Shown: in pieces, positions 41,014-50,531 of the stretch | How the letters are laid out: each line of letters opens with the position of its first letter | Position numbering within the stretch: the stretch's first letter is position 1 | DNA from: Promethearchaeota archaeon | GTDB lineage: Archaea > Asgardarchaeota > Lokiarchaeia > Sigyniarchaeales > SOKP01 | Direction of reading: 5' to 3' | Length of the DNA: 64,000 nt | NCBI GenBank assembly: GCA_016840085.1 | Contig: JAEOTA010000022.1 | Coordinates: forward strand, 1-64,000 | Program-made: the position numbers and the translations under genes | The notes under the pieces: model-generated | The model's input: the letters and a program-made list of their open reading frames with translations, nothing else | What the model was told of the DNA's origin: nothing | Database searches by the model: none

Positions 41014-41403
41014 TTACCTCATAAGTGGGGAGTTCCTGGTAGGAGTCTCCTTATTTTTATATAGATAATTAGAACGGTTTTTTAAAGCTTCAATTACTTC
41101 TTTTTCGAGTGGATCTAATCCCTCGGATAGAATAGCTTCGGCAATATCTAAACCTTTTGGAGTCAGGGAAATATTATGGCGAGATCCTTGATTATTAAGA
41201 TTTGGAACGTACTTCCTGTCAATAAATTGTTTATTAGTTAAAAAAGAAAGGGCTTGAGAAATTCTACTCTTAGACTTATTAAACCTTTTAATAAGATCTT
41301 CTGTGAGTACCTCTTCCTTGCTAAATCTCTGTTGCCGGAGATATAACAGTATTCTCGTGATAAGATGAGGATAAAATTGCTTCCTTTCCTTCTTCGATAA
41401 CAC
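41014..41403 (-). CDS. Winged-helix (MarR-like) DNA-binding protein
   Basis: LIKRFNKSKSRISQALSFL...FIDR...ISLTPKG. Confidence 0.7.
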   Translation of the reverse strand: MLSKKERKQFYPHLITRILLYLRQQRFSKEEVLTEDLIKRFNKSKSRISQALSFLTNKQFIDRKYVPNLNNQGSRHNISLTPKGLDIAEAILSEGLDPLEKEVIEALKNRSNYLYKNKETPTRNSPLMR

Positions 41404-41604
41404 AAATATTTTCTAGTTTAATATTTATAAACTACACCATCGTTCGAAATTTGGAGAATGAGCAGATCCATAGGTTTTTGAATTTCAAAATGGAATACAA
41501 AAAGTGAAGTTTAATCAAAAATAAACTAGTTTAATGTTATATAAACTTCATAGAGCGAATATATAGAAGAATAAGTATATATAGTAGATTTTAATATTTA
41601 AATC

Positions 41605-41661
41605 ATGAGATTACGCGTTAATGTAGTCTTATTCATCAGTCTGCGCGAATATAGCGACTGA
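41605..41661 (+). promoter_or_regulatory. Structured leader: two hairpins coinciding with an 18-aa uORF upstream of 41675
   Basis: AUGAGAUUAC/GUAGUCUUAU (10 bp including 2 G-U pairs) and UCAGUC/GACUGA; uORF MRLRVNVVLFISLREYSD*; TATA-like AAGTATATATAG ~41573. Confidence 0.45.
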
Positions 41662-41674
41662 AAACACCCAAAGG

Positions 41675-43309
41675 ATGGAAAAGAAAATGAAAAAAGAGAA
41701 ATTTAAATCGAAAGAAGAAGAACATTTGTGGGAAATCAGACAAGCATACATAGAACTCGTGGACTATTTAAAAATTATCATGTTTCAACAAGGCATTTTA
41801 GAAAGACCTTCATACATGGAACTTTCAACAAAACTGGGCTTTAATTATAATTGGATTAAAGACAAAAAGGATACTCTAAAAGCACATTTTCCATTGAAAA
41901 AAACATTTGACGACTTCTTTATTAGATTAATAGCGAAAAATATAGATTTATTAAATGGTTCTTGGAATGCCATTGAAAACAAATTTCAAAATCTCTATAA
42001 CATCGCTTTTTCTACAGAAGCAAACTTGCCTTCTTCCCCATCTGTATTCAAGAAATCAATTAAAAGGCAATTCTTTGATGACATAAAGGAAATAATTAGA
42101 TATAATTTTCCAAATGCCAGAATTTTTGACACTGATTTATCTAGGATTTTCTTCAGTAGAGCTAGAGCATTAAAAGATACTCATATTAAGGGAAGTACGA
42201 AATTCAGACGCTTTGATGAATCCACGCTTTTTGCTATGATATACAGAATTCGAATAATAACTAATCAAGATTTTGTAAGAAGAATAAGAGATATTAAAAC
42301 CGTAGATCAAATGACACTTAATAGCATCAAACGCGATATTGAAAGATATATTGAGGACTTCATATTTAGCAATCCCTTTAATAGTAAATACGTAAATGAC
42401 AAGCATGATATAGGAACCAAATATTTCAAGCCTGAATATGATTTAACTTTAAACTTGTGGTTTGTTCTATCTAAAACGAAGAAAACACCAATACTTTTAA
42501 AACACGCTCAAAAGATGTTAAAATTTGATACATTTGGGAAATTTAGGAGAGGATGGGAATATTCATGGGATGGTATTATGAATATGTTGAAAGAATTGGT
42601 TAAGTTATTGCCTAGTGAAGAATATTCAAAAGCTTTTGAGAAAGCTTGGAAATATGTTGAAATACGTAATTTATACCCAGCCTTACCTAGAGTGTATCAT
42701 TCAAGTTGGTATACTAAGAATACTATAAAATATCATGTATTAATGCTAATCATCCGTGATTTAGGACTAGATATTTTAAATCTTGACCGGATTAAACCAG
42801 AAGCTTTTAACAAGACTCAATTTATGGATTCTTACACATTTGAGAGACATCATATCTATATAAATGATAAATACTCAATCGATGTAAATAGACTAGTACT
42901 AGTTATGCATATGTATCACAACGACCTTGAAGGTAAAACTGATTTAGTATTAGAATTAGTCAAAAGAAGAATTGATTTAACTTTAGAATGTCCTCAATAC
43001 TATAAAACTAATCTCAAAGAATGGAAAACTAAGTGGCAAGAATATCTTGAAAGACGAAATTATTTAATAGAAAATGGCATAGAGAATTTCATCGTGAATT
43101 ATTTTACTGATGAACAAGGAAACAATTATGTACTTAATAGATTTTTTAATAATGTTCCCAAAGGTCATATTGAACAAGAAATACGAAGCATGATGCAAGA
43201 TTGGATTAACAAAGGAAGACCAGCACCAATTTTAAACACCCACATCTTAAATAGACTCTTTTTGGGAACGTCCCAACTTTTAAATAGTGGTTATTCACCC
43301 AATATTTAA
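41675..43309 (+). CDS. Hypothetical protein with possible HNH-like motif
   Basis: 544-aa ORF; FERHHIYINDKYSIDVNRLVLVMHMYHN. Confidence 0.65.
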   Translation: MEKKMKKEKFKSKEEEHLWEIRQAYIELVDYLKIIMFQQGILERPSYMELSTKLGFNYNWIKDKKDTLKAHFPLKKTFDDFFIRLIAKNIDLLNGSWNAIENKFQNLYNIAFSTEANLPSSPSVFKKSIKRQFFDDIKEIIRYNFPNARIFDTDLSRIFFSRARALKDTHIKGSTKFRRFDESTLFAMIYRIRIITNQDFVRRIRDIKTVDQMTLNSIKRDIERYIEDFIFSNPFNSKYVNDKHDIGTKYFKPEYDLTLNLWFVLSKTKKTPILLKHAQKMLKFDTFGKFRRGWEYSWDGIMNMLKELVKLLPSEEYSKAFEKAWKYVEIRNLYPALPRVYHSSWYTKNTIKYHVLMLIIRDLGLDILNLDRIKPEAFNKTQFMDSYTFERHHIYINDKYSIDVNRLVLVMHMYHNDLEGKTDLVLELVKRRIDLTLECPQYYKTNLKEWKTKWQEYLERRNYLIENGIENFIVNYFTDEQGNNYVLNRFFNNVPKGHIEQEIRSMMQDWINKGRPAPILNTHILNRLFLGTSQLLNSGYSPNI

Positions 43310-43407
43310 ATTTTTTTTTTTTTTTTTCCATACCTTTTCTTTACTTATGAAAGATGAGTGAAGACCCATTATTTAAATAGTTTTTTTCCTATAAGTCTAC
43401 TATAATT

Positions 43408-43857
43408 ATGAAAGATGAGCGAAGAGTCATTATACGCAATGAACAACTTAAAAAGCTAAGAAATAACCTTAGAGAAATTATAATAAGAGCTGTTTATGAT
43501 GAGATTGAGATATTACGAAATTTTGATAGTTTATACGAAGGATGGCTGGAATTAACACAAGAAGAACAAAAAGAAGTTGCTTATTTACAAGGAACAAAAC
43601 ATAGTCTTTCTAGAGCATTAAATAATTCTATTTGTGTGTGCCCTCTTTGCACTCAAAGCGATAAGGATATGGTATATATCGCTGATCATGAAATTTGGTA
43701 TTGTATCGAATGCCAAGAAAAAGGGCTTATCTGGTACCCCTCACATGGAAGTGAAGAAGACAGAAGACAACATGATTACATAAATTGGTATTATGAACAG
43801 AAAGATAAGTTTACTAAAAAGTATCTCAATAAAGATAAAAAGGCTTCCGGTAAATAG
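43408..43857 (+). CDS. Zn-finger hypothetical protein
   Basis: CPLC...WYCIEC. Confidence 0.75.
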   Translation: MKDERRVIIRNEQLKKLRNNLREIIIRAVYDEIEILRNFDSLYEGWLELTQEEQKEVAYLQGTKHSLSRALNNSICVCPLCTQSDKDMVYIADHEIWYCIECQEKGLIWYPSHGSEEDRRQHDYINWYYEQKDKFTKKYLNKDKKASGK

Positions 43858-43889
43858 CTCTTTCAGATCAGCGGATTGGATGGTCTTCT

Positions 43890-44285
43890 TTATACTCTCC
43901 TTCCACGATGCCCACCCTTCCTTCTACAGTGGTCGTGGGATTTAGGGGTTACTTCTTCAATCCTTCCGACTTGGAGGCCAGATCGTGCGAGGGCACGGAT
44001 ACAAGCTTGGGCACCTGGTCCGGGGGTTTGAGATTTATTTCCACCTGGGGCTCTTACTTTTATATGGATACCAGTTATTCCTTTATCCTTAAGTTCGGTG
44101 CTGACACGGAATCCGCACTGCATAGCGGCGTAGGGATTTGATTCATCGCGATCTGCCTTCACAACCATTCCACCAGAGCATTTTGCGAAAGTTTCTGCGC
44201 CTGAAAGGTCGGTAGCTGTCACGATGGTATTGTTATAGCTTGAAAAAATGTGAACAATTGCCCATTTATTTTCTCTCTTTGCCAT
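43890..44285 (-). CDS. rps11: 30S ribosomal protein uS11
   Basis: [29 protein letters not shown]. Confidence 0.98.
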   Translation of the reverse strand: MAKRENKWAIVHIFSSYNNTIVTATDLSGAETFAKCSGGMVVKADRDESNPYAAMQCGFRVSTELKDKGITGIHIKVRAPGGNKSQTPGPGAQACIRALARSGLQVGRIEEVTPKSHDHCRRKGGHRGRRV

Positions 44286-44303
44286 TTTTTTATCAACCTA
44301 TAA

Positions 44304-44801
44304 TTATTCTTTTACTTGAGCAAAAGGGCTATTGGCCGCAAATCGAATTAGATCTTCCTCCGCTTGTTTTACAATATATGAGGGAGAGTTAACAATTTTA
44401 TCACCAATAGCAATATGTTTATGCACAATTTTCTGACGCGCTTCGTGAATTGTCTGCGCAAGACCTTTTTCATAGACAAGAGTCTGTAATCTTCGTTTTA
44501 AAAGATCTTCAACAGTAATGAGGAGTACATCCTCGAATTCTGCTTGTTCTCCAATTATACCTAGTCGATTCAATTTTTTGATTAATGTTTGTTGAACTTC
44601 AAGAGCTTGCTCTTTCGATAAAGTTCTAGATTGTCGCGCTATATGACGCCAATTTCCTAACGTAGTGCGAGTTTTCCAGAATTCTCGTTTATTCCTTAGA
44701 CCATATTTACCCAAGAATTCAAGTTCTTCCATCATTCTATCTTTTTGAAACGGATGTTTAGGCTTCTTAAATTTCTTTTTTAGCCGTCTAGGATCTCCCA
44801 T
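44304..44801 (-). CDS. rps4: 30S ribosomal protein uS4
   Basis: MGDP...YGLRNKREFW...RRLQTLV...ARQKIVHKHI. Confidence 0.98.
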   Translation of the reverse strand: MGDPRRLKKKFKKPKHPFQKDRMMEELEFLGKYGLRNKREFWKTRTTLGNWRHIARQSRTLSKEQALEVQQTLIKKLNRLGIIGEQAEFEDVLLITVEDLLKRRLQTLVYEKGLAQTIHEARQKIVHKHIAIGDKIVNSPSYIVKQAEEDLIRFAANSPFAQVKE

Positions 44802-44819
44802 TTCTACACCTTTAGTTAT

Positions 44820-45311
44820 TTACTGTTGTTGTTGTCTTTTTCTCCTCCGCATAACTCCAACAACTAATCCATGACGCCCAGTGCTTTTGGTTCGTTGACC
44901 ACGCACTTTTAATCTTAGGTGATGTCTAACACCGCGGTAGCTTTTTATTTTTTTCATCCGATCTATGTCTCTTTTTATAGTAATATCTAATACGTTTCCG
45001 ATAACATGAAGATCTTCACCAGTGCGTAGATCTTTAGATCTATTTACCATCCAATTAGGGACACCATTTTCAACAGGATTTAAAATGACTTCTTCGATTC
45101 TATTTATGTCTTTTTCTGGAATGGCTCCAATCCTTATATTCGGATTTATTCCAGCCACTTTAACTATTACTTGAGCAAATCTTCTACCAACACCTTTAAT
45201 TTGTGTTAATCCATACTCAACTTTCGCGTTTCCATCCACTTGTGATCTCAGTTTACGGAAGAATACTTTTTCCCGAAAATTTTTTGGTCGAACTGCAGAT
45301 AAAGAACTCAT
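44820..45311 (-). CDS. rps13: 30S ribosomal protein uS13
   Basis: LTQIKGVGRR, SYRGVRH, VRGQRTKSTGR. Confidence 0.98.
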   Translation of the reverse strand: MSSLSAVRPKNFREKVFFRKLRSQVDGNAKVEYGLTQIKGVGRRFAQVIVKVAGINPNIRIGAIPEKDINRIEEVILNPVENGVPNWMVNRSKDLRTGEDLHVIGNVLDITIKRDIDRMKKIKSYRGVRHHLRLKVRGQRTKSTGRHGLVVGVMRRRKRQQQQ

Positions 45312-45489
45312 TTGAACTCAATCAATTAATAGTTTATTTTCTTTTTTAATTTAATGGTAGTAAATATAGAATTTAATATTAAATTTTTGGTTTTCTCAAA
45401 GGAGTGGGAACAAGGTAAGGAAATTTCAATACTTGGGATGTTAACATTTAGGTACTCTTATTTTTTTTTCCATTTTTGACGTTTTTCTT

Positions 45490-46605
45490 TTAAGATGGAA
45501 ATACACTAGTAGCATCATTATCGATAATAGCCCCAAAAAGTCGGTTAAAAAATGCCTTTCCTAGTTCAATTCCCCTTGGATCACTTCTATTTAACCGTGT
45601 AAAACTAAGAGGAGGCAAATACGCGTAAGCCATCAATGATCTTAAGTAACCATCCCATGCCCTATCAAAATCAACACTCGTAATTCCATTCTTTTCCAAT
45701 CGTTTCAAATATAATTTGATCATTTCCTTCTCAATTTGTCGTCTTAAATCAATTTTTATACTTCCTGATAAAAGGTATGCGACATCCAGAATACCTCCAC
45801 TTATTAGTGGCAATTGCCAATCGATAGTTATTATGGGATTTTCACTGTTCTCAGAATCAAAAAACATATTGGCTGCTCGATAGTCAAAATGCACAATAGT
45901 CAAATTTTCATCTTGGGTATTTTTAAGCAGCCACGGAAAATGTTTATATATCTTTTCTCCAACCTCTCGACCACCTTCTGGGAGAAAATTCAGAAAATCT
46001 TCTGATTTTACTGCTAAATCCCATGAATTACGGAAAGTATCGATGAATGACATTCTTATAGTTTTATCCTTAGGTTGAGGTATCCAGTCAAACGAAAAAA
46101 GATCTGGAGCATCCCACCATCGTGCATGAAAATCTGCAATTGAAATTATTGCTTGTTTGGTTTGCTCATAATTTAAACCTTCAACCTGGTCAACCATCTT
46201 ATAACATGAGCAATCTTCAAGAATGAGAATGAATCTTTTAGCTTCTAAATCATAATCTGAATAAATCAGACCTGGAACCCGTATAGGACTTTTTGGTGCT
46301 ACTTCGGTATAAAATCTTATCTCTTTTTCATAAAGGTTATATTGAAGAGCGACGGTTAAAGCTGTTCTAAAGGTTGTAGGCATTTTTACAATCATGGTTT
46401 TTGGTAGTTCAGGAGATTCTTTATCATAAGTATTTGTTAGTCTTGCTATATCACTCACAAATCCTTCCCCCACTCCCCATGGTTCTCTGGAAATGGATTC
46501 AATATTGAAATCCTTAAGATATCCAGAGTTATGAAGAACCTTATTAAGCCATTCTGAAGTGATTCTTTTAGTTCGTTTAGGTATCGTTAATGGTTTAGGT
46601 ATCAT
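45490..46605 (-). CDS. Ecdysteroid-kinase/APH-like phosphotransferase
   Basis: EIRFY, LILED, ADFHARWW, HFDYRAANMFF, IDWQ. Confidence 0.85.
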   Translation of the reverse strand: MIPKPLTIPKRTKRITSEWLNKVLHNSGYLKDFNIESISREPWGVGEGFVSDIARLTNTYDKESPELPKTMIVKMPTTFRTALTVALQYNLYEKEIRFYTEVAPKSPIRVPGLIYSDYDLEAKRFILILEDCSCYKMVDQVEGLNYEQTKQAIISIADFHARWWDAPDLFSFDWIPQPKDKTIRMSFIDTFRNSWDLAVKSEDFLNFLPEGGREVGEKIYKHFPWLLKNTQDENLTIVHFDYRAANMFFDSENSENPIITIDWQLPLISGGILDVAYLLSGSIKIDLRRQIEKEMIKLYLKRLEKNGITSVDFDRAWDGYLRSLMAYAYLPPLSFTRLNRSDPRGIELGKAFFNRLFGAIIDNDATSVFPS

Positions 46606-46780
46606 TATTAATAACACCCTAATTTTACAATAACATAAAAATTATTCAGTGAGAATTTTAGGAATTATAAATCCTTATATCTACTTTTAATTTTTTACAA
46701 ATTTTTAAAAGAGATTCATAAGAAAATGATTCCATACAACATATTCCAATTTTATAATCGACATATACAAACGAACCCAT

Positions 46781-47326
46781 TTAATATTTGCTCCTCCATT
46801 TGTATCTACGATAACCATAGGAAGAAATCAATACAACCGTAACGCCAAGAAAAAAGAGTCCATAACTCGAAGCATAGCGAATATAACTTATTATTATCTC
46901 ACTAAAATATAAAATATCATCTTCTTCACCAACAGGATATTCTTCGGCATGAAATAAAATAAATGTATTGCCCTGAAATGGAGGAATTATTTGAATAGTT
47001 GCTATATATTCAGTTATATTTTCTACTTCCCAGTAAGGTATATACGGTTCTTCATTAAGAAAGCTCTTAAAACCTTTGCTGTCTATTATTTGAAGCGAAA
47101 TAGTTCCACGCTCAACAGAAATGTTTAGAAAGATTTCTTGAGAGTGCGATCTCCATGGAAATTCAAACCAATCTATATAATAAGAATTATGACTAGAAAG
47201 ACCATGTCCAACAGGGTATCCACGATCTAAAGTTTTAGTTTCAGGATAAGGTACAAATAATAGGCATAAACTAACAGTACTAGATAATATTATAAAAAAG
47301 ATAAGCCATGAAAACTTGCGAGGCAT
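46781..47326 (-). CDS. Membrane-anchored hypothetical protein
   Basis: N- and C-terminal hydrophobic helices; basic tail. Confidence 0.75.
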   Translation of the reverse strand: MPRKFSWLIFFIILSSTVSLCLLFVPYPETKTLDRGYPVGHGLSSHNSYYIDWFEFPWRSHSQEIFLNISVERGTISLQIIDSKGFKSFLNEEPYIPYWEVENITEYIATIQIIPPFQGNTFILFHAEEYPVGEEDDILYFSEIIISYIRYASSYGLFFLGVTVVLISSYGYRRYKWRSKY

Positions 47327-47377
47327 AATTATTCACTCTCTTTTCATTTTTTTTTTGCCATTCAGTTTAATTTTATC

Positions 47378-48166
47378 TTAATCAACCCTAATATCTAACT
47401 GTTTGAATGCATAAAATGTTATTAACATAATCAGTATAGATAATCCGAAAAATACAATTATACAAATGATTGTTACAGTACTTAAGACAATTTTATCATA
47501 AAAAATTAAATTATAAAAAAAATTGATAACTTTTACTGTGTAAGAACTGTATGAAAGAAGTCCTAATTCTAAATCTTCTAAAAATAGCTCTATAGTTACA
47601 TAAAAAAAAGGCAAAATGAAAGAAAGCACTACGTTCCGAGTTAACGCCGAAATCATGAATGTTAATGATGATATAAATATTAATTGTATAAATACAATTA
47701 AAAATCCCATTAGAAAAATATCGATCGAAACTAATAAATCGGTCCTAATGAAAATCATAATAAGAAAAGTTGAAAAATAAAATAACATCAAAATAAAAAT
47801 GCTTATCACCACACAAAATAACTTTATGGCAAGAATTTTATTTCTAGATTCCGTAGCATAAATTATCATAGCAGATTTATTAGAAAATTCTCCCGAAACC
47901 ATATCACCAACAATTATAATTGGAATAAGTCGGAGAAATAAATATATACTAAATTCTATAATATCTTCCCAATATAGCATCTCATCTAAATCGAATTGAG
48001 TGGTTATATTTCTAAAGTTATATTGATTCAAGATTAGGAATATATCGATCAATGATAAAATAAGGCATACAATAAACTTTATTGAGAGAAGCCTGTGTTT
48101 CAGATAAAAAGAGAACAAATGTTTTTCATAATATAAGGAAGATCGAATTTTATTCTCTCTTTTCAT
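47378..48166 (-). CDS. ABC-2 type transporter permease
   Basis: ~6 TM helices; DMVSGEFSNKS...SRNKILAIKL; overlaps the ATPase gene. Confidence 0.85.
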   Translation of the reverse strand: MKRENKIRSSLYYEKHLFSFYLKHRLLSIKFIVCLILSLIDIFLILNQYNFRNITTQFDLDEMLYWEDIIEFSIYLFLRLIPIIIVGDMVSGEFSNKSAMIIYATESRNKILAIKLFCVVISIFILMLFYFSTFLIMIFIRTDLLVSIDIFLMGFLIVFIQLIFISSLTFMISALTRNVVLSFILPFFYVTIELFLEDLELGLLSYSSYTVKVINFFYNLIFYDKIVLSTVTIICIIVFFGLSILIMLITFYAFKQLDIRVD

Positions 48167-49106
48167 AGGATTCTCCCTTTATTATTTGTTTATATAATTT
48201 AATTAAAGTTCCACTAATAGGCGTGAAATTGAAATCTTTATAATCCTTTATTGTGTTATTTACTTTTTCTGGATTATCAGTTCTGAAAATAATTTTATCC
48301 CTTAATATTTTTGGTAAATCAGAAAACAGGTCCTTTTCAGCAGATAATAATTCAGTAAGTTCTTTAAGAGTCACATTATCTTCATAGTTGATTCTAGTTA
48401 TTTCATATTCATTAAATCCGTACATGTGAGCAAGATTGTAGACTATATCTGAAGCTTTTATTATGCCGTCATCAATAAACGCTACATAATCTGCTAATTG
48501 TTCTATTTCAAGAACGATATGGCTTGAAATAATAACTGTGATTCCTTCTTTTCTTTTCATTTGGATTTTTTGAATAAATTCCTCTCTACCTAATGGATCA
48601 ATATTAGATAAGGGTTCATCAAGAAAAACTATTTTAGGTTCTCCAGCAAACGCTTGAGCCAATCCTAAACGCTGCTTCATTCCTCTAGAATATGATTTAA
48701 TAATCTTATTCCAATAGTTTTTATCTATACCGCTCCACACTAAATATGATTCAACATGTTTTTTGTCTCCTCCTTTATTAGTTCTCAAGCCAATAATTAA
48801 TTTAAGAAACTGTCTTCCAGTAAGATTAGGATTAAACCCCACATTTTCAGGTAAAAAACCAATCTTTCTTCTTATTTTACCTGAGCTATTTAGGATATTA
48901 GTTCCGAAAATAGATGCGGTTCCATTTGATGGTTTTACTAAACCTAAGAGCATTAACATTGTTGTTGTTTTTCCTGCCCCGTTTGGTCCTAAAAAGGCAA
49001 AACACGAGTTTAGGATTTCCAAATTAATATTATCTACAACTACTCTATTATAATATTGTTTTGTTAAACCTTGAATTTTAATTATTGGTTCTTTAGTGGA
49101 ACTCAT
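48150..49106 (-). CDS. ABC transporter ATP-binding protein
   Basis: GPNGAGKTT, YSRGMKQR, FLDEP, ISSH. Confidence 0.95.
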   Translation of the reverse strand: MSSTKEPIIKIQGLTKQYYNRVVVDNINLEILNSCFAFLGPNGAGKTTTMLMLLGLVKPSNGTASIFGTNILNSSGKIRRKIGFLPENVGFNPNLTGRQFLKLIIGLRTNKGGDKKHVESYLVWSGIDKNYWNKIIKSYSRGMKQRLGLAQAFAGEPKIVFLDEPLSNIDPLGREEFIQKIQMKRKEGITVIISSHIVLEIEQLADYVAFIDDGIIKASDIVYNLAHMYGFNEYEITRINYEDNVTLKELTELLSAEKDLFSDLPKILRDKIIFRTDNPEKVNNTIKDYKDFNFTPISGTLIKLYKQIIKGESYEKRE

Positions 49107-49338
49107 AAGATTAGAGTTTTATTGAGTTATTTTTTAAAAAAAAAGATTGATTGTCTAATTCAAAATCTAATAGGATAAGAATCAATATATATCTATGTTA
49201 ACTGTCATAAAATGCTCACACGAAATATTTTAAATAACTAAATATAAAAATTAGAGTTAACTAAAATTTGATAAAAAGATATTTCTCAATTTTCATCATA
49301 GTCTAATTTTATTTTAAGAAAAAAGATGAAAGAGTGAA

Positions 49339-50043
49339 ATGAAAAGAAAACTGAAAAATGTACTACTAATAATAATTATAATTGGAATTATCCTAACAAG
49401 CTTGATAATTATTAATCATTTTATAATATTAACAAGAATATATTATAAGATAAATTATGAAGCAAACATTCAAAATTTTGAGAGCTTAATCGAAAAAAGT
49501 GAATTATTTGAATATCAAAAGTACTGTAAATATCGAGATTTATCAGGGGAGGTTCAAAACGTAAGTAATTTCGATTATTATTATCATATCGATAGAGATC
49601 TTATAGAATCTCTTAAGTTAAAAGTTGAAGATGATAAAGAGAAATTTCATTTTTGGCCCTTTTATAGTCATAAATTATTTTATTCATTAGAAGCTACTAA
49701 TGAATCTTTGATATATCTGACTTATAACAATAATTCAATTATTAAAGCGGAGTATGCAAACCATACAGAGATATTTGCTGCTTGGAGTGATTATTATGAA
49801 AATAACTCTCTATTTTGGGTGGGAAATTGGTATCTAAATTTTACTTATATCCCCTTTGCTTCTAATATATCATCTACTATTATATTAAATGATATTATTC
49901 TAGTCAAAATGAATCTATATTATGATTATGTTTATGGAAATTTGGGAGTTGAAACTTTAAGAATTGACCAATTCTTATGTTTTAATTCTAATCTCCAAAC
50001 TTTGTTTGTTTATTTTCCTTTAGTAGGTATGATAATGGCATAG
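49339..50043 (+). CDS. Hypothetical protein with N-terminal membrane anchor
   Basis: 234-aa ORF; basic N-terminus plus hydrophobic helix. Confidence 0.7.
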   Translation: MKRKLKNVLLIIIIIGIILTSLIIINHFIILTRIYYKINYEANIQNFESLIEKSELFEYQKYCKYRDLSGEVQNVSNFDYYYHIDRDLIESLKLKVEDDKEKFHFWPFYSHKLFYSLEATNESLIYLTYNNNSIIKAEYANHTEIFAAWSDYYENNSLFWVGNWYLNFTYIPFASNISSTIILNDIILVKMNLYYDYVYGNLGVETLRIDQFLCFNSNLQTLFVYFPLVGMIMA

Positions 50044-50129
50044 GAAAAATCTTAAGAGAGATATTTAACATTATTTCTTTTACTAAAAAAATTAAACAAA
50101 AATCATTATAATAAAATTAGTGAGTTGAG

Positions 50130-50199
50130 AGATAAGATTATGGGGTGGAAAACTAAACTGTTAGATAATTCCACCCTAATATTATAAACTCGCTTATCT
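50130..50199. terminator. Stem-loop between convergent transcription units
   Basis: GGGTGGAA (50143-50) / TTCCACCC (50169-76), with outer AGATAAG/CTTATCT arms. Confidence 0.4.
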
Positions 50200-50256
50200 A
50201 AATTGATTAATTCTCTTATATTAATATTTTATTCTTGATAAAATGTGATGAAGAAT

Positions 50257-50439
50257 TTAATAAATTGGAATCCATTTATTTTTCTCTTTTTTTTCGTTAA
50301 TATAGTTCTTACAATTATTTTTTTTACTATTAGCAATTATTTTAAGTAAAGATAAGCCTGACTTTACTTCTTCCAGTGGTTTAGTTTCGATTAATTTATT
50401 TGAGATTAAATCATTATAAAAAGTTTTTCCTTTTTCTCT
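50257..50439 (-). pseudogene. Orphan diverged copy of the last 60 codons of the FrhB-like gene
   Basis: REKGKTFYNDLISNKLIETKPLEEVKSGLSLLKIIANSKKNNCKNYINEKKEKNKWIPIY* versus TEKGKILYNDLISNNLIESKPLEGVKPGLPLLQRIAGSKKNNCKKHINSRLEENKRVPNY*; no start codon. Confidence 0.88.
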
Positions 50440-50531
50440 TTAATCCTAACTTTATTCTTCTGCGAATAATCTACAAAAAAATGAAGTTTCAATCTATTTC
50501 TTGTTAAAAAAGAACAGGTAGTGTCAGTCGT

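Larger units (their letters stand above)
2024..43857. mobile_element. Defence/accessory genomic island (~42 kb)
   Basis: Dense defence genes, pseudogenes, internal direct repeats and an IS, bounded by a direct repeat and flanked by housekeeping genes (ridA; rps11). No integrase seen. Confidence 0.75.

Noticed and set aside
43860-43930. att site at the 3' end of rps11
   Set aside because: No second copy of the rps11 3' end was found at the left side of the island
50470-50530. Second SECIS downstream of the frhB-like gene (CUGA...UGA)
   Set aside because: It lacks the AUGA core, the stem is poor, and that gene has no in-frame UGA
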